A program made the position numbers and the translations under genes. 64,000 nt of DNA from Amphiscolops sp. MND2022 (lineage: Eukaryota). Shown in pieces: positions 1 to 13,711 of this stretch (positions are counted from its first letter, which is position 1; each line of letters starts with the position of its first letter). The stretch spans positions 51,274,001 through 51,338,000 of the forward strand of contig OZ076414.1 of the NCBI GenBank assembly GCA_964187785.1. The letters run 5' to 3'. Under the pieces are notes generated by a model, which had not been told where the DNA came from, did no database searches, and saw only the letters and a list, made by a program, of their open reading frames with translations.

Positions 1-559
1 AAAAGTAAAAGTTTTTTAAATATTCAAAAGAACACGATTGTTGAAATTTCAACAATTTTGCAGTATCAAAAAATACTCGAAGGGATATGCAAAAGGCTCG
101 AAAACTTGTTTTTAGCTAAAAACTCATCTTGTGCAACATAAAATGTCAAAAAACCAAAAATTGACAGAAAATGTTTCGATTTCTTTCTGGAAAGTTTCTC
201 CAGTTCGTCGAATAGTGCCGAAAACCCTAAGGAATTCTCTATGCTCGCAAAACGGTTGGGTTGTTGTAAACATTGAAGGGGGCCTTCAATAAAAACAATT
301 TAGGAAAAGTCGCATACTTCCGAAAAACGTCGTTCTTAAGGACAAAAAGCGCTTTATCCTGTTTAGGTAATATCCGGAATTCATTATATCCGGTTTGAGT
401 TAAATCCAGTTTGCGTTAATTCGGTTTGCCCCAAAACAAAAAACCAAATCTGATGTAACATTGAAAAATTCTCCAACTTGAAGTGTAATAACTTACCAAT
501 GCGTGTAATGTGTGACAAGTGTAAATCTTCCAAAAAAATCGCTCTCTGATTGGACAGAA

Positions 560-589
560 ATCGAACTAGCAGGATCCTGCTAGTTCGAT
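560..589. repeat. Perfect 30-bp palindrome with no spacer
   Basis: ATCGAACTAGCAGGA|TCCTGCTAGTTCGAT equals its own reverse complement, centred on GGATCC. Confidence 0.97.
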
Positions 590-3500
590 ACTGGGATGTG
601 TCTCGTAATGAAGAAACGTTATATGCGGTATACGTTATGTCCGGTTTGCGTTAAATCGGGTTTGCGCCAAAACAAATCCAAAGGGGGACCCTTTCGTAAC
701 ATTGCAAAATTCTCCAAAAACCTTATATCCGGTATCGGTTATATCCGGATATCGTTATATCCGGTTCGCGCTAAATCTGGTATGGGTTGTGTTATTGTCG
801 AAGAGGACACCTTAGCACTTTTTACAGCTTCGAAAATCTCTCCGAAGAACATTATCCGGTATACGTTACAGTTTTTAAAGCTTATGAAATCTGCCTTTGT
901 TGGTTTTTAAAAAAGCCAGTGTTATAGTCGTTGCTTTCTACGAACCAACAATATTATTTGTTTCACAAGTTATTCAATCTCTCAACACTCTTGATAAAAC
1001 TCTTAGCAAGATTTCTATGAAGAATTTTAAAAAGTTTGTATGAAGCAAGAATGAACAAAATCTCATCAAGACTTTCAAGAGTAAACGGGATTATGAAAGA
1101 CGGGAATGCAACGTCTTGGCAAGTGTTTCAAGATATTTTGCACTTTGTAGAAATATCTACGTTTGAGAAAAAAAGGCTTACACTAACCTTTTTAGGCTGT
1201 TTGATACTCGGTAAACTGAAGCGATGAATCTAGATTTTGAAAATGGTTAAACGTTTTAGAATTATCAGGTCCAACAGGCAAAAAATGTTCTTTCTATTAG
1301 TATTAGAATTGGTTAGCAATTTTTGCAATGGAAAACACCAACTTTCTGACACCGTTTTTAGGAAGTTGCTCCAAAAAGGAGAAATAATTGATGAGTCTTT
1401 TTTGCGCCAGATGTTTTCATTATTGCCACTATCAAATTTGAAAGCAAGTAAACATATCCATATGATTGATAACGGCTTTCGGCTCATATTGGTTCGATTT
1501 CTCAATCACAGTGTTGTACACCTGTTGAGAAATCAAAGCTGATTTTTTGTGAGGAAAACAGAATCCGATATTTTTGCTAACATTTGTATTGATTCTTCAA
1601 TTTTATGTTCTACATTTTCCTAACAGTGTGCACTTTCATGAAATGAATTCCGATTTTTTGATTGATTTTTGTTACTGGTCAGGGTACTTTTAATATCGTT
1701 CGTCAATCGCTCTCATCGACTTATTTTCAAAAGCATATGAAAGATGAAAGAACCTAATTAATATTTTTTGCGGAATCTGTTATAAAGTTTTTTCATCAAC
1801 TAAAAGCTCCCAGATGAAGAGACAAGCCCCTAAGTTGAGTTTGATGCTAATTCCGACATGGAATACCCCACATAAAGTGAACTGTACTTCAGCTAAAAGG
1901 TGCCGAAATCGAAGTAGACTTCTCTTGGACCTGATTGCAATGAATCATAACTTGAACAATGGGATCTTGTTCCCTACTAACATCCCTCCTCCCCCCCCTC
2001 ACCCACCCTCAATCACGAAAACTTCTTTGCTCTCCAAAATCAGTTTCTTAATGAAATCGACATTTCAATATGCTATAAAAATTATAGAAATGCCTCCTTA
2101 AATATTTCAATATTTCCAACCAAACGAGTCCCTGGCTATGTTGCATTTTGTCCGAAAAAAAATTCACTCCTTGTAGTATTCCGTTCATCGAGAATTAGGT
2201 AAAAAACAGTTTTTAAGTAGTCATGACTATTGCAATCAAAATATAGTATTTGAGTTTATCTTCTTCATATTTCAACGCTACGTAAAGCTGCTGGAAAGAG
2301 CGTGTTTTGACCTCCCTCTATCCTCTTGGGGAGCACCAAAAATACAAACAGAGTCCGAGTAATGAATCAGTCAAAATCAATAGGCCTTAGTAGCGCGGAA
2401 GAACTTATTTTTAACCTTATTGAAAACAAAATCTGGAGTTTAATGGGGTTACATGTAAAAATCTCCCAAGCTAAAATCTGAATAAAATGAAGTAAAAACA
2501 GTATTCGGTTCATACACGCCCATTCGGACGAATCCGGAACAGGACCCACTACAAATCCATACCGACGGTGAGATATCTGGTGAGAATTTAGAAACAAATA
2601 TAAGACGATCAAACCGAATAAGGAAAAAACCGAGTAGATACGGTAGCATATTTTACACTGGACTTTTTCGGGGCTGAAAACAATATGGCTAAATACACAT
2701 GTTTATATTACTAGTAATCTGTGGACTAGAGCTAAACGAACGCCGCAATCGGAAGAGATCCAAAAGCCTTCAGATTTTTTACCCGGATACGCAACGCCCC
2801 CTGGAACATCGAACCGAAACTGACGAGGAGAGAAAACAAAGATGTGGAAATGTTATATTCGGTTCATTCCGGTTCCTGACCTCTACCGAGTTTCGTTTCA
2901 CAAACTGTTTATCGTCTAGTGTCTAGAAACTTGATGTTGTTTACAAACAAACTCAATTTTTATATCTAAATAGATAATTTATTATACAAAATAGTATCTA
3001 CAGTACAGTTATACGAAAAAAGAGATTTTTCTTTTCCCTTAGTTCTTAGTTAACTAGAATAGAACAAAAACAAGCTGGGAACGGCCAAATTGGCGCCCGC
3101 TCACAATTCACAAACATCAAGTTTGATAAAAACGCAGAGACAAGATTGTGAGAACGTTATCAAGGGACACTCATGAGACTCAAAAACCGCTTTTTCCCAA
3201 CTTTTTTTCGGAAAAAAGTCTGAAAGTGCCGAAAAAGGAGCTTTGATCTCGCCGAACGCTCTTTTCAGGCCGAAAACATTCATGAAAGTGAAGGGGGTAC
3301 CCTTGGTTGAAACTGCTTCAACATTTTACAAGATTTTGTAGGTTCTCCAGCTAATTTATCCTGATTTAATAAAGTTTTCAAGGAGATTTCCATGCATCAA
3401 AATTTCCACAATTCAATTCAATTTCATCAAGCTGCCCAAAAAATGCATTTGAAGATTGGCTGCTATTCCGAGACACTGAGTTTTGCCGGTTTCATGAAGA

Positions 3501-5662
3501 AGCAATTCTGATTTTGAAAGCGGCATTTTGATTGAGGTGTGACCTCAATAATTTACCCGCAATTTCAATGCTAGTAAATTTCAGTCATATTGTAAGTTTC
3601 AAAGCAGCGTCACTTTAAGCGTGCTATTTAACTAACGGTGATACATTTTGATACTTACTTGAGAAACTTACCAGGTGATTCCCGTGGTGATGAAATGGAA
3701 ATGTTCTCAGTTTTAATTGTAGTAGTCGGAGCTACATTGTAATTTTACAAAACTTCTCCATGCGTGCTTTTAGTCTTTTCTATGTTTAATCAAAAGTTTA
3801 GAATGCATGCATGGATGCAACATCGAAAACTTTCCAGCGAAACGTCGCAGGGTCGAAAATAACCGTAGATCTTTCACACAATTATTGAGAAAACTCTCAT
3901 CACTTCCACAGGACCAAAAATGATCAAGAGGTCACCTTTAGGACTACGAAAAGTGTCTTCTCTCAGAAAAGCTTTCAAAAATCAAAACAAAATGTGTCCA
4001 ATATTTTTCAGAATTGTTAAACCGGGCGTAAAGCTCTATACCAAGTGGCAGTTAAAAGTTACAAGTTAGTAAGAGCTTACAAAAATGTGCTTATCGAAAT
4101 GTGGCAGTTCGCTGGTCTTGAAAAAAGCCACTGCTGTAGTCGGTTTTTTTCTTCGAAAGGCGCCGACAAAAATGGTTTTGTCACTCGGATTTCAAATTTA
4201 CAAACCATATGTAATTCCACGCCTATCATCAGTCAAAAATATTTGAAAATAGAAAGCGTAGAAAGCGTTTCTGAAATTAGAAAATAGTTACACGAGATTT
4301 GTACATTACATTCGAAATTGTTGGGAAGGTTCAATCGAAGCTTACATGTCAAAGTCACTTATGATTTTCAATTTATCGTAAAAATAGCGGCCCATAAACA
4401 TCCGAAATTTGTCGGTTCCAAAAATGGCTCCTTTCAGTAATCACTAGTTGTTTCTGAGCCGGGCAGAAACATTCTTCCATTAACATTGACAGCAACATTT
4501 GTTAACAAGTGAAATATCGGAAGCCAAATCGAAGATATATGTTATGACTCTTTGGAGACGAAAATATTCCAAGAAGCTTTCCAATTTCCAATTAATTCCC
4601 TCTTGTTGAATTATTCATATCCAAAAGTTATAACCGGTCAATGAACACGTTTTTTGAACGGGGTAGAAATTGCTAATGGGTCGAGAGAACTAATGCACGA
4701 AAAGACCTGTGATCAAATTAGATTTTCATTTTATCTCAGGTTATTCAACTTCAAAGCACCAACCATAACATTTCTGCTCTGGTAGCTCTTACAAAACTAA
4801 AGAATAGTAAAACGGCAATAATATTTCAAGATATTTTAAAGTATATTTTGGTAGTCCCTCAGCATGTTCGCACCATTTCCTCTTAGGCCCTTCTTCACTT
4901 TCTGTTAAAGGCTAGATCTAATGTTGATGAAGAAAATAGTTACTAACTAAATCTTGTGCAACTTTTCAATGTGACAATGAAAGGAATTGGAAATCTTGTG
5001 AATGTTCAGTTAAATAAAATGCGTTTACAAACACAAGTTTTCATGTCACCAACAAGACTTGTCAACAAAATGAAACGATATTTAAGTTAGGATACACTCG
5101 GGTACCAAAACGTTGGATACACTTGATTTCAAATCTGAAACGCAATAAGTTTGTACATAATCAATAGACACAAAAGTCATTGGAACGGAATTACAGGGGT
5201 ATTTTTTGTTTTGAACTCACACAAAACTACAAAGAAGTTAGCAGCGACCCGGTGTAAAACGTCTTGAAACTCTTGCCAAGATCTTGGGTTTTCCTGCAAA
5301 TTTCAATTACCTCTTGAAACCCTTGATAAGATCTTGAATTATATTGGACAGTTTAAAATCTTGAAATTCTTAACGAGACTCTTGTCAAGGTTCCTATCAG
5401 AACATTCATAAGGTGAAAAATTTCAATTCATCGTTAGGGTATAAAATTGGCACGTTTCCCATTTTAGTACAATAAAAGTGTAGACAAATCTCTAACAGGG
5501 TTTCCTTAATGACCCGGGTAGCAATAAAGACGATTTTTGGCACCGCGTTTCCTGAAGCCGCTGAATAGGTAAAATTTTATGAATTTTTGGCTAGATTGTC
5601 ATGATTTCTAGATGAAAGGGCTCAGATTTGGAAGCTCACAGTTCGCAGATTTAAAATCAATG

Positions 5663-5800
5663 TATTCTGGTGGAATGAGGTCTACTGTATTTTCGTGGAT
5701 TGAGGCCTAAAATCACAATATTTTGGTGGAATAAGGCCTAAAATCACTGTATTCTGGTGGAATAAAGCCTAAAATATTATGTTTTATAAAATAACATCTA
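5663..5800. repeat. Degenerate ~31-bp minisatellite, about 3-4 copies
   Basis: Repeats of GCCTAAAATCACTGTATTCTGGTGGAATAAG-like units. Confidence 0.75.
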
Positions 5801-6998
5801 AAATGAGAGTATTATGATGGGGAAGGGGGAATAAGATCTAAAGTAAAAAGATCTAAAATTCATTTACAACTATCTGATCGACTTTTCGATGCTTGTAAAT
5901 CTGATTTCCGGTGATTTTAGATTCCTTTCCGAACTTTTGTGGTTTGAGTTTTTTTGCGGTGGGCTAAGTTGTAAACGGGAATCTTGCAATCTTGAGACTT
6001 CTTGTTTTTTACCGCTTATTCTTGGCAAGATTATAGGTACTTCTCGGAATTTCTTGGAATTCTTCACAAGATTTTTGGTAACTCTTGGTTTTTCCTGGGA
6101 GGTTTTTTGAACTAAAAAAATAGACTTTTACCTTGATGTGTTTGACAAGATTTTGCGAGATCGTACATATTCTTGACGCTCTTGATAGGAATTTTGTCAA
6201 GATTCTCACCAAGGATTTCAGGAATTTGCGAAATTCTGGGCAAGAGTTTGATGATATTTTACACTATGTAACGAAAGTCTTCGCTAAATTATGACTTTTG
6301 TTTTTCTTCGAATTTCATCAAGCAAAATGTCAAGAACCGCTTATTTTACTCAAAAATGTTTGAGACAATTTTTGTTCCCTCACATCTTTACCTTTTGAAT
6401 TCATATTTTTTTCTGAAAACGCACTCCTTGAGAATTTACGCCGAAAATGATAACAAATTGCAAAATTATCTACTTTTATTCTTTGAGAATATTGTTTCGA
6501 CACAACTACAAGTGTTTTTAGTCGGCGTTTTCGAAGAAAACCCCGACTCTTACAGTGGCTAGTTTTTTTTTCGTCAGTTCAACGCGTAACGTCCACTTTT
6601 TGTGCATTAATCCAATTAATGCACATTTACCAACTTTTACCATATGTACTTAATACTTCATTTTCAACGCATCCAAAGCGTCTAACATGAGAAAAAGCGT
6701 CCCCCCTTTTACATTTTCGGCACTATGCGACTTACCGGAAACTTCGAAAAAAAAATTCAAAAAAAATTTTTTTCTCTATTTTTAGTTTTTTGAGAGCTTT
6801 TGTTGTCTCCAGTTGTAGAAAAAGTGGTTTTCGAGTCTTTTTGAGCCTTAGATATGGCGCCGACTTGTGCCGTTCCCGGCTTGTTGGCTATTAATTCTTC
6901 AAGAAACAGAAAGCCAAAAACGGTTCAAAAATGATCAAGGGATGTTTTTCTTTTGACCTACAGTTTCTGAGATAATGCCTAAGAAAGTTCAAAAAGTT

Positions 6999-7205
6999 TG
7001 TGGCCGAGGCCATTGCCCAAGGAAAAAACAAAAAAGACAGATGCTAACAATTAATTGACAAACATTGTTAAACATTTAGTTAAGTACCTGTTCCATACGT
7101 TGTCAACGACACAAGTGAAAAACATTTGCAGCAAATTGCCTTTACAATATACAGTTGAATCGATACAATTCAAATCTTGTTAGCTCAGTGGTTTTGACTA
7201 TAACA
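6999..7205 (+). repeat. 5' LTR
   Basis: TGTGGCCGAGG...GACTATAACA, homologous to 11839-12030 and followed directly by the PBS. Confidence 0.93.
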
Positions 7206-7218
7206 TGGCGCTGCGAGC
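7206..7218 (+). promoter_or_regulatory. Primer-binding site, probably tRNA-Ser
   Basis: TGGCGCTGCGAGC; its reverse complement GCTCGCAGCG-CCA resembles 3' ends of animal tRNA-Ser(CGA/UGA). The tRNA identity is from memory. Confidence 0.75.
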
Positions 7219-7342
7219 TAATGATCCTGACGTTGGAAAAACCACAAATGGGAATTCAGCAGTAGCTGGCTTGGCACTGTATTGGAATGACCCTCATTAA
7301 AAGCTAAATATCGAATGGAAGAAGTGTTGTAATCTGTTCGCC

Positions 7343-8174
7343 GTGGCGATGACTGCAAAGTACTCAATCTCCATTGCAGAGGTAATGAGGACTGTGGCAA
7401 ATGAGGCCGGTCGAAATAAAGCCTCACCGAATAATCTTGATCACCCAGTAGCAGAGCGAAAGTGTGTCAGCAAACTACACTTATCTCTGGGGGCCGCGGC
7501 AAGGACGACCTTTACCGACAATTATCCAACAGTTAAGATCTCCGAAATAACACTGCAAGTATTACTGGGTAAATGCAAGAGTAAATTCGACACTAAACGG
7601 AAGAGAACACTAGATCGTTTCAGGTTCTTATCCGGGAAGCAAATGCCGTCAGAGACCTTGGAGCAATTCTGGCAGTCATTGAACAAACGGAATGGCATCA
7701 GAATGCGATTTTGAAGCCCAAACTGAGAGTCCTGAGAGCCATAAGTTCATTCTCAATAAGAAGAATCTGGCTGTACAAGAGAAACTGTGTACAGAACCAA
7801 AAGCATCACCAAAGGATGCATGGGATTGCGTAATCGCATACGAAGAGGGCACATTGCGGCAAAAGTTGTTTGGAGAAACAAAAAAAGTTTCAATAAAAAG
7901 TGAACCCATATGCGTTAAAACAAAAAAGAAAGACTGTTTACGTCGTGGAATAGAAAATTTCTCAATGGAGCACCTGAAAGTATGCCCCGCAAAAGGCAAG
8001 ACTCCTAACAAATGTGGAATTCTGGGCCACTTTGGTCGTGTGTGTCGAAAACAACGAAAACCACAAACTTCGCAGAAACAACCACTGCGGCGGGTGAATT
8101 GGGTTGATAAGGAATCAGACAACAATGATGAACAAAAGAAGGCATCGACTGTGGCGTATCACACCTATTCATGA
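7343..8174 (+). pseudogene. gag: Gypsy gag remnant (frameshifted)
   Basis: ORFs 7343-7714 and 7692-8174: RFRFLSGKQ..ETLEQFW, ASECDF, and a damaged CCHC knuckle CPAKGKTPNKCGILGHFGRVC. Confidence 0.8.
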
Positions 8175-10990
8175 TGAAAGGCAAAATAAATCGAAAAACG
8201 TTTTGCCTAATGATTGATTCGGGATCACCAGTGACAATAATAAACCAAAAAGAATTGCAAAAGATGCTGCAGTATGAAGTAGTGTTTGTACGCCCCCTAC
8301 CAAAAGATTAAAAGAAAAAAACGTGGACTATAAAAAACCAGTTAATCTATTGCGATACATTTTTTGCGAACTGGAATTGGGCGGCAAATACATAAGTACA
8401 GCAAGAATCTCGGTGGCACGACCAGGAGCAAAGTCAATGATCTGCAGAGTTTTGTTGATTTGCCTACAGTATCGCATCGAACCAAAAATTAAGTTTTGCA
8501 ATTCAAAAAACTGTATAACTAAAACACTGTCGACAGGTCCATGGGTAAACTAAATGCAGGCATAGTTTCCTGACCTGTTGGCTAGACAAGGTACAAAAAA
8601 AACACAATAAGATAGACGCGAGGCTCCATCAAGGAACCGTAATAAAACAACAGAAAGGCCGTCGCGTACCAATCCAACTCCAATAACCAGTGAAAACAGA
8701 AAAAAATTGGTTGCTGCAAGTAGGCCATATCGTTAAAGTACAAGATATCAAAGAAGATGTCTTCTTGCAGCCCACAGTGATTACTGACAAGAAAGATCGG
8801 AGCGTCAAGACAGCTCTGGATGTAAGGGAATTGAATAAAATTGTTGTTAAAGATAAATACCCGATACCGAACCTGGATAACTTAATGGACATCATTGCAG
8901 AACACGTGGAACAGAACCAGGGAAGACCTTTTTCACAACACTGGATCTGACGTATGCAATTGGACAAGTAGAGCTGAGTGAAGCCACGTCATGACAATGC
9001 AACTTCCAAATAATTGGGGGCGCGGCGACAGGAATCTACAGATTCATAACAGGGTTCTATGGTCTCACAACCATTCCTAATGAATTTCAAAAAAGTGGAC
9101 CTAACATTAGCAAGTATCACAAATACATTTGCTTTCATGGACGATATATTAATCGTCACACACGGAACAGAAGATAAACACACCAAGAAAGAAAAAGAAG
9201 TATTGAAAAGATTAGTTGAAGCAAACATAAGTTTGGAATTAGACAATGCGCTTTTGCCGCGGAAAACAATGAATGAGTCGGATATAAACTGTCACTACAA
9301 GGGGTGGCGCCAATCAATATTACAGTACAAGGAATCTCCGAAAGACTGAAACCAACAAGTTTAAAACAACTCAGATTGTTTTTGGGGGCCGTTAACCAGT
9401 TCAACAAATTCATCCTCAACATTGCACAGCTGTGTTTTCCATTTCGAAATCTATCAAACGAGGATAACGAATGGAATTGGGGCGAAGAACAAGAAAAGGC
9501 ATTCAAAACAGTAAATGAAGAAATTAAGAAGGCAACCATGTTGAAGAACTTCAAACGACAAGGCCCCTGAGGATTGTTTGCGATGCAAGCAAATCAGGGT
9601 TGGGAGCTGTATTACAGCATGAAGAAAACAACGAATGGAAACCAATTTCATTCGCATCACGCTTTTTAACCGAATTGGAATCAATTTTACTCCATAAACG
9701 AACTTGAATTACTTGTTATAGTATGGTCAGTTAAACGTTTTTGCAGCTATGTGTACGGAGTACCATTTAAAATAATATCAGACCATAAAGCATAAGCAAC
9801 AGTATTAAAGGGACAAAAGGCGAATAAAACATATTCTAGCAGGCTCATACGGTAGGTAGACCGACTTTTACCCTTTGACTTCGAAGTAATACATGGACCG
9901 GGTAGGACATTAGGTATAGCTGAATATTTATCTCGAAAGCCATCCCCAATAAATGAATGAAAGTTCCATAAAATCAAGTACATTATGGGATGACTGGTTC
10001 ACTGTTAATGTTGTTTCAGAATTAACGAACTCAATCCTGACAAATCAGACGTCAATCCGCGGCGGCCACCAGCCAGTCAGAAGCGAGAGCGATGCTAGCG
10101 AGAATTTAACCAACGAAGGTGTTAATGAACGTGACGCTACGCCATCAATAAAGCAAACGATCAAAGACGCACTCAGCGAACAAGTTGCTATGGCAAACAA
10201 ACGTGATCGAACCGAGACACGCGAATTGCATGAAATTGCTATTGAACTGCCGGTCAAAAGATAACGCTCGCACTAATAGACAAAACTTCAACAATTCCTC
10301 TCAAATCCTGCATCCCACGAATTGGAGGAAGTATTTTGGCAGGGAGGTATGAACACGACCCAATTATTACAATCGATTATTGACAATTTTTCTACAAAAC
10401 CACAACCAACAAAAGATGAACAAACTCCAGAAAGTCTGGCAAAAGAGGTTCAACTAGTTACGATTGGACGAAAGTCACTTCATCTTGATCGACGGGGAAT
10501 TAGTCATACCAGAAGAGCTCAGAAAACCCATATTCAGAAGCCCCTCAACTGGGGTCATCCAGGAAGGGACTCAATGTTACAAGAAGTTGCGGACATTAGG
10601 CGGCCGCGAATTCACCGCGACATCGTCCTACTAGCACAATCTTGCCCACAATGCCAACAAGCAGGTAAAAATTTGGAAACCTTAAAAACACATTCAGAAT
10701 TTGGAAAATTGCCCGCGGCGGACATACATAACGATGAACTAAAACTAGAATTCGCTGGACCTTTACAAATAGCACGAAAAACTAGGAAATATTTGCTAGT
10801 GTCCAAAAATCATGAAACCATTTCGCCGGACGCCACGTTCGTAGCAAAACCTACCGCTGAACGGGTCGTAAACTTCTTGAACGCACACATCGAACAATTC
10901 GGTATCCCAAAAAGAATTCGCACGGACTCCGCAACTATTTTCCGCGGCGAAGTTTATACACAATTTTGTCAAGAACATTTCATTGAAGGA
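8175..10990 (+). pseudogene. pol: Gypsy pol remnant: protease, RT, RNase H, truncated integrase
   Basis: IDSGSPVTII (~8213); ALDVRELNK..DKYPIPNLD; FAFMDDILI; CDASKSGLGAVL..WKPISFASRFL; integrase HHCC (WGHPG...CPQC) and IRTDS. The integrase core is cut off near 10990. Confidence 0.9.
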
Positions 10991-11827
10991 CAATTCAAGA
11001 AAAAGTCATGGACAATCGTTGCTGAATCGAATCACACGGTGACAATAGTGACAAAGCATGGACGCCAAGTGATATTGAAATTAGACATCGCCACAAAGGT
11101 GCATCTCACTGTCCGAAAACAATTACAAAAAGAGGAAATAGCCATTCATTGGAGATAAAAGTTGCAGCACGAAAAGACACTGGAGAAAGAAGCGAAATGG
11201 AATTAAACAAACCGATCAAAATCTTCGCAGCGAAGGACTACAAAACAAATGCCCAACCAAAGCAAAACCGTTCCCCACGAAAACAATTAAAACCAAAAAC
11301 TCCTTGGCGGGACTATCAGACAAAACTGTGGACATCCTTGACACCTCTTCTGACGAAGATAACGAACCCACACAACAAGAAACAAAGCAAAAAGAGAAAG
11401 CACAAAAGGAAAATCGAACGAAAAACAAGCTGTACATGACACAAACAGCAACACGTTACGTTAAAGCCGACAACCAAAACGACGCCCAGATTGGTATGGA
11501 CAAAATATCATGGTATCAAAAATTGAGGAGCCAGAGGGAGAGGCGCAAACCAATGAACCGCAGCTAAATGAAACAATTCAAGAGGAATTAGAAGCTATCC
11601 CAAACTTCGAAGAAATGACCCAACAACAAAGCGATGAATGGGTTAACAATTAGAAACCAGCAGAATCTGAAACTGAACAAACTTATACAGTATGTTAATA
11701 ACAGTTTCTGTAAACATTCATTATAACAATCTCCTGAGTGGTAGCTTGCACCCCACTTAAACATTTCTGTTAGTATTATTTGTATTGTAAACTTAAATAC
11801 ATTTAAATAGTACGAACTTCATCCCGT

Positions 11828-11838
11828 AGAGAGGGAGG
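11828..11838 (+). promoter_or_regulatory. Polypurine tract
   Basis: AGAGAGGGAGG directly before the 3' LTR TG; also present before the LTR copies at 13520 and 15243. Confidence 0.88.
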
Positions 11839-12030
11839 TGTGGCCAAGGCCAAAAACAAAAAAGATTGATGCCGACATTTAATTGAAAAACATTGTGAAA
11901 CATTTAATAAAGTACCTGTTCCATACGTCGTCGAAACGACACAAGTGAAAAACATTTGCAGCAAGTTGCCTTTATACAGTTGAATCGAAACAATTCATAT
12001 CTTGTTAGCTCAGTGTTTTTGACAATAACA
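11839..12030 (+). repeat. 3' LTR (copy 1)
   Basis: TGTGGCCAAGG...GACAATAACA, 192 bp, followed by AAGTT. Confidence 0.93.
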
Positions 12031-13519
12031 AAGTTCCAAATTTCTCGAAATAGTATTGAGGTATAGGTTCAAGTTTTGTTTCAAATTCAAAACAAAAAAT
12101 TGCCCGTTTGTTGTTAGTCAAAAGTTTAGTGACTTTTGCACCTCGGGTTCTTTGTTTAAAAGATGAATATTTTACAAGATGTCTCTCTTTGAAAGTTTTC
12201 GTTAGCGAAATCAACTGGCTTTAGCTTTTTGGTACCCTAGTGTCTGTTTGCCAACGCAGAATCATTTGAAACGGAATAGTAATTTATTCAGAACCTGAAA
12301 TTAATTTTAGAACTAACCTTGCGTTAAAGGAAGTCACCCAAATCATTGAGGTTTCCAAACGAACAACCTGGCAACAAACTAACTTTTATAACAGTCACCA
12401 TTTTACATCCCCATTTAGCGTGTCAGCTTTAATTCGCCACATTTAAGTTAGCCCGTAAAACTTAGCCACAGTTAAGTTAGCCACCAAATAAGTTCGCCAT
12501 ATACAAGTTCGCCAATTCAGTTCGTATTCAATTTCCATTAGCTGAAATGTGCAAAAAATAAACCTTGCGAACTTATTTGGTGCTAATTGAAACGTGGCTA
12601 AGATTTACGGACGTTAGTGGCGAACTTACAAGGGCACCCTATTTAGATTCGAATAAAATATTTGAGGAAGAGTTCAAGAAAAAGCCAGGGACAATCGTTG
12701 CTGAATCGAACCACACGGTCACAATAGTGACAAAGCGAGGACGCCAAGTGATATTGAAATAAGACATCGCCACAAAGGTGCATCTCACTGTCCGAAAACA
12801 ATTACAAAAAGAGGAAATAGCCCTTCATTGGAGATAAAAGTTGCAGCACGAAAAGACGCTGAAGAAAGAAGCGAAATGGAATTAAACAAACCGATCAAAA
12901 TTTTCGCAGCGAAGGACTACAAAACAAATGCCCAACCAAAGCAAAACCGTTCCCCACGAAAACAATTAAAACCAAAAAATCCTTAGCGGGACTATCAGAC
13001 AAAACTGTGGACATCCTTGACACCTCTTCTGACGAAAACAACGAACCCACACAACAAGAAACAAAAAAAAGAGAAAGCACAAAAAGAAAATCGAACGAAA
13101 AACAAGCTGTACAGGACACAAACAGCAACACGTTACGTCAAAGCCAACAACCAAAACGACGCTCAGATTGGTATGGACAAAATATCATGGTATCAAAAAT
13201 TGAGGAGCCAGAGGGAGAGGCGCAAACCAATGAATCACAGCTAAATGAAGCAATTCAAGAGGAATTAGAAGCTATCCCAAACATCGAAGAAATGACCCAA
13301 CAAGAAATCGATGACTAGGTTAACAATTAGAAACCAGCAGAATCTGAAACTGAACAAACCTATATAGTATGTTAATAATCGTTTCTGTAAACATTTCATT
13401 ATAACAATCTCTTGAGTGGTAGCTTGAGTGGTAACACCTAAACAATTCTGTTAGTATTATTTGTATTGTAAACTTAATTACATTTAAATAGTACGAACTT
13501 CATCCCGTAGAGAGGGAGG

Positions 13520-13711
13520 TGTGGCCAAGGCCAAAAACAAAAAAGAATGATGCCAACATTTAATTGAAAAACATTGTGAAACATTTAATAAAGTACCTGT
13601 TCCATTCGTCGTCGAAACGACACAAGTGAAAAACATTTGCAGCAAGTTGCCTTTATACAGTTGAAGCGAAACAATTCAAATCTTGTTAGCTCAGTGTTTT
13701 TGACAATAACA
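13520..13711 (+). repeat. 3' LTR (tandem copy 2)
   Basis: Near-identical to 11839-12030, with PPT before and AAGTT after. Confidence 0.92.

Larger units (their letters stand above)
6999..12030 (+). mobile_element. Degenerate full-length Ty3/Gypsy LTR retrotransposon
   Basis: TG...CA LTRs at 6999-7205 and 11839-12030; AAGTT on both sides (6994-6998, 12031-12035); PBS and PPT present; gag-PR-RT-RNaseH-IN order; many stops and frameshifts. Confidence 0.95.

Noticed and set aside
596-6562. Short ORFs in the first 6.6 kb
   Set aside because: They lie in AT-rich repeat sequence with no recognisable domains or splice-consistent structure.
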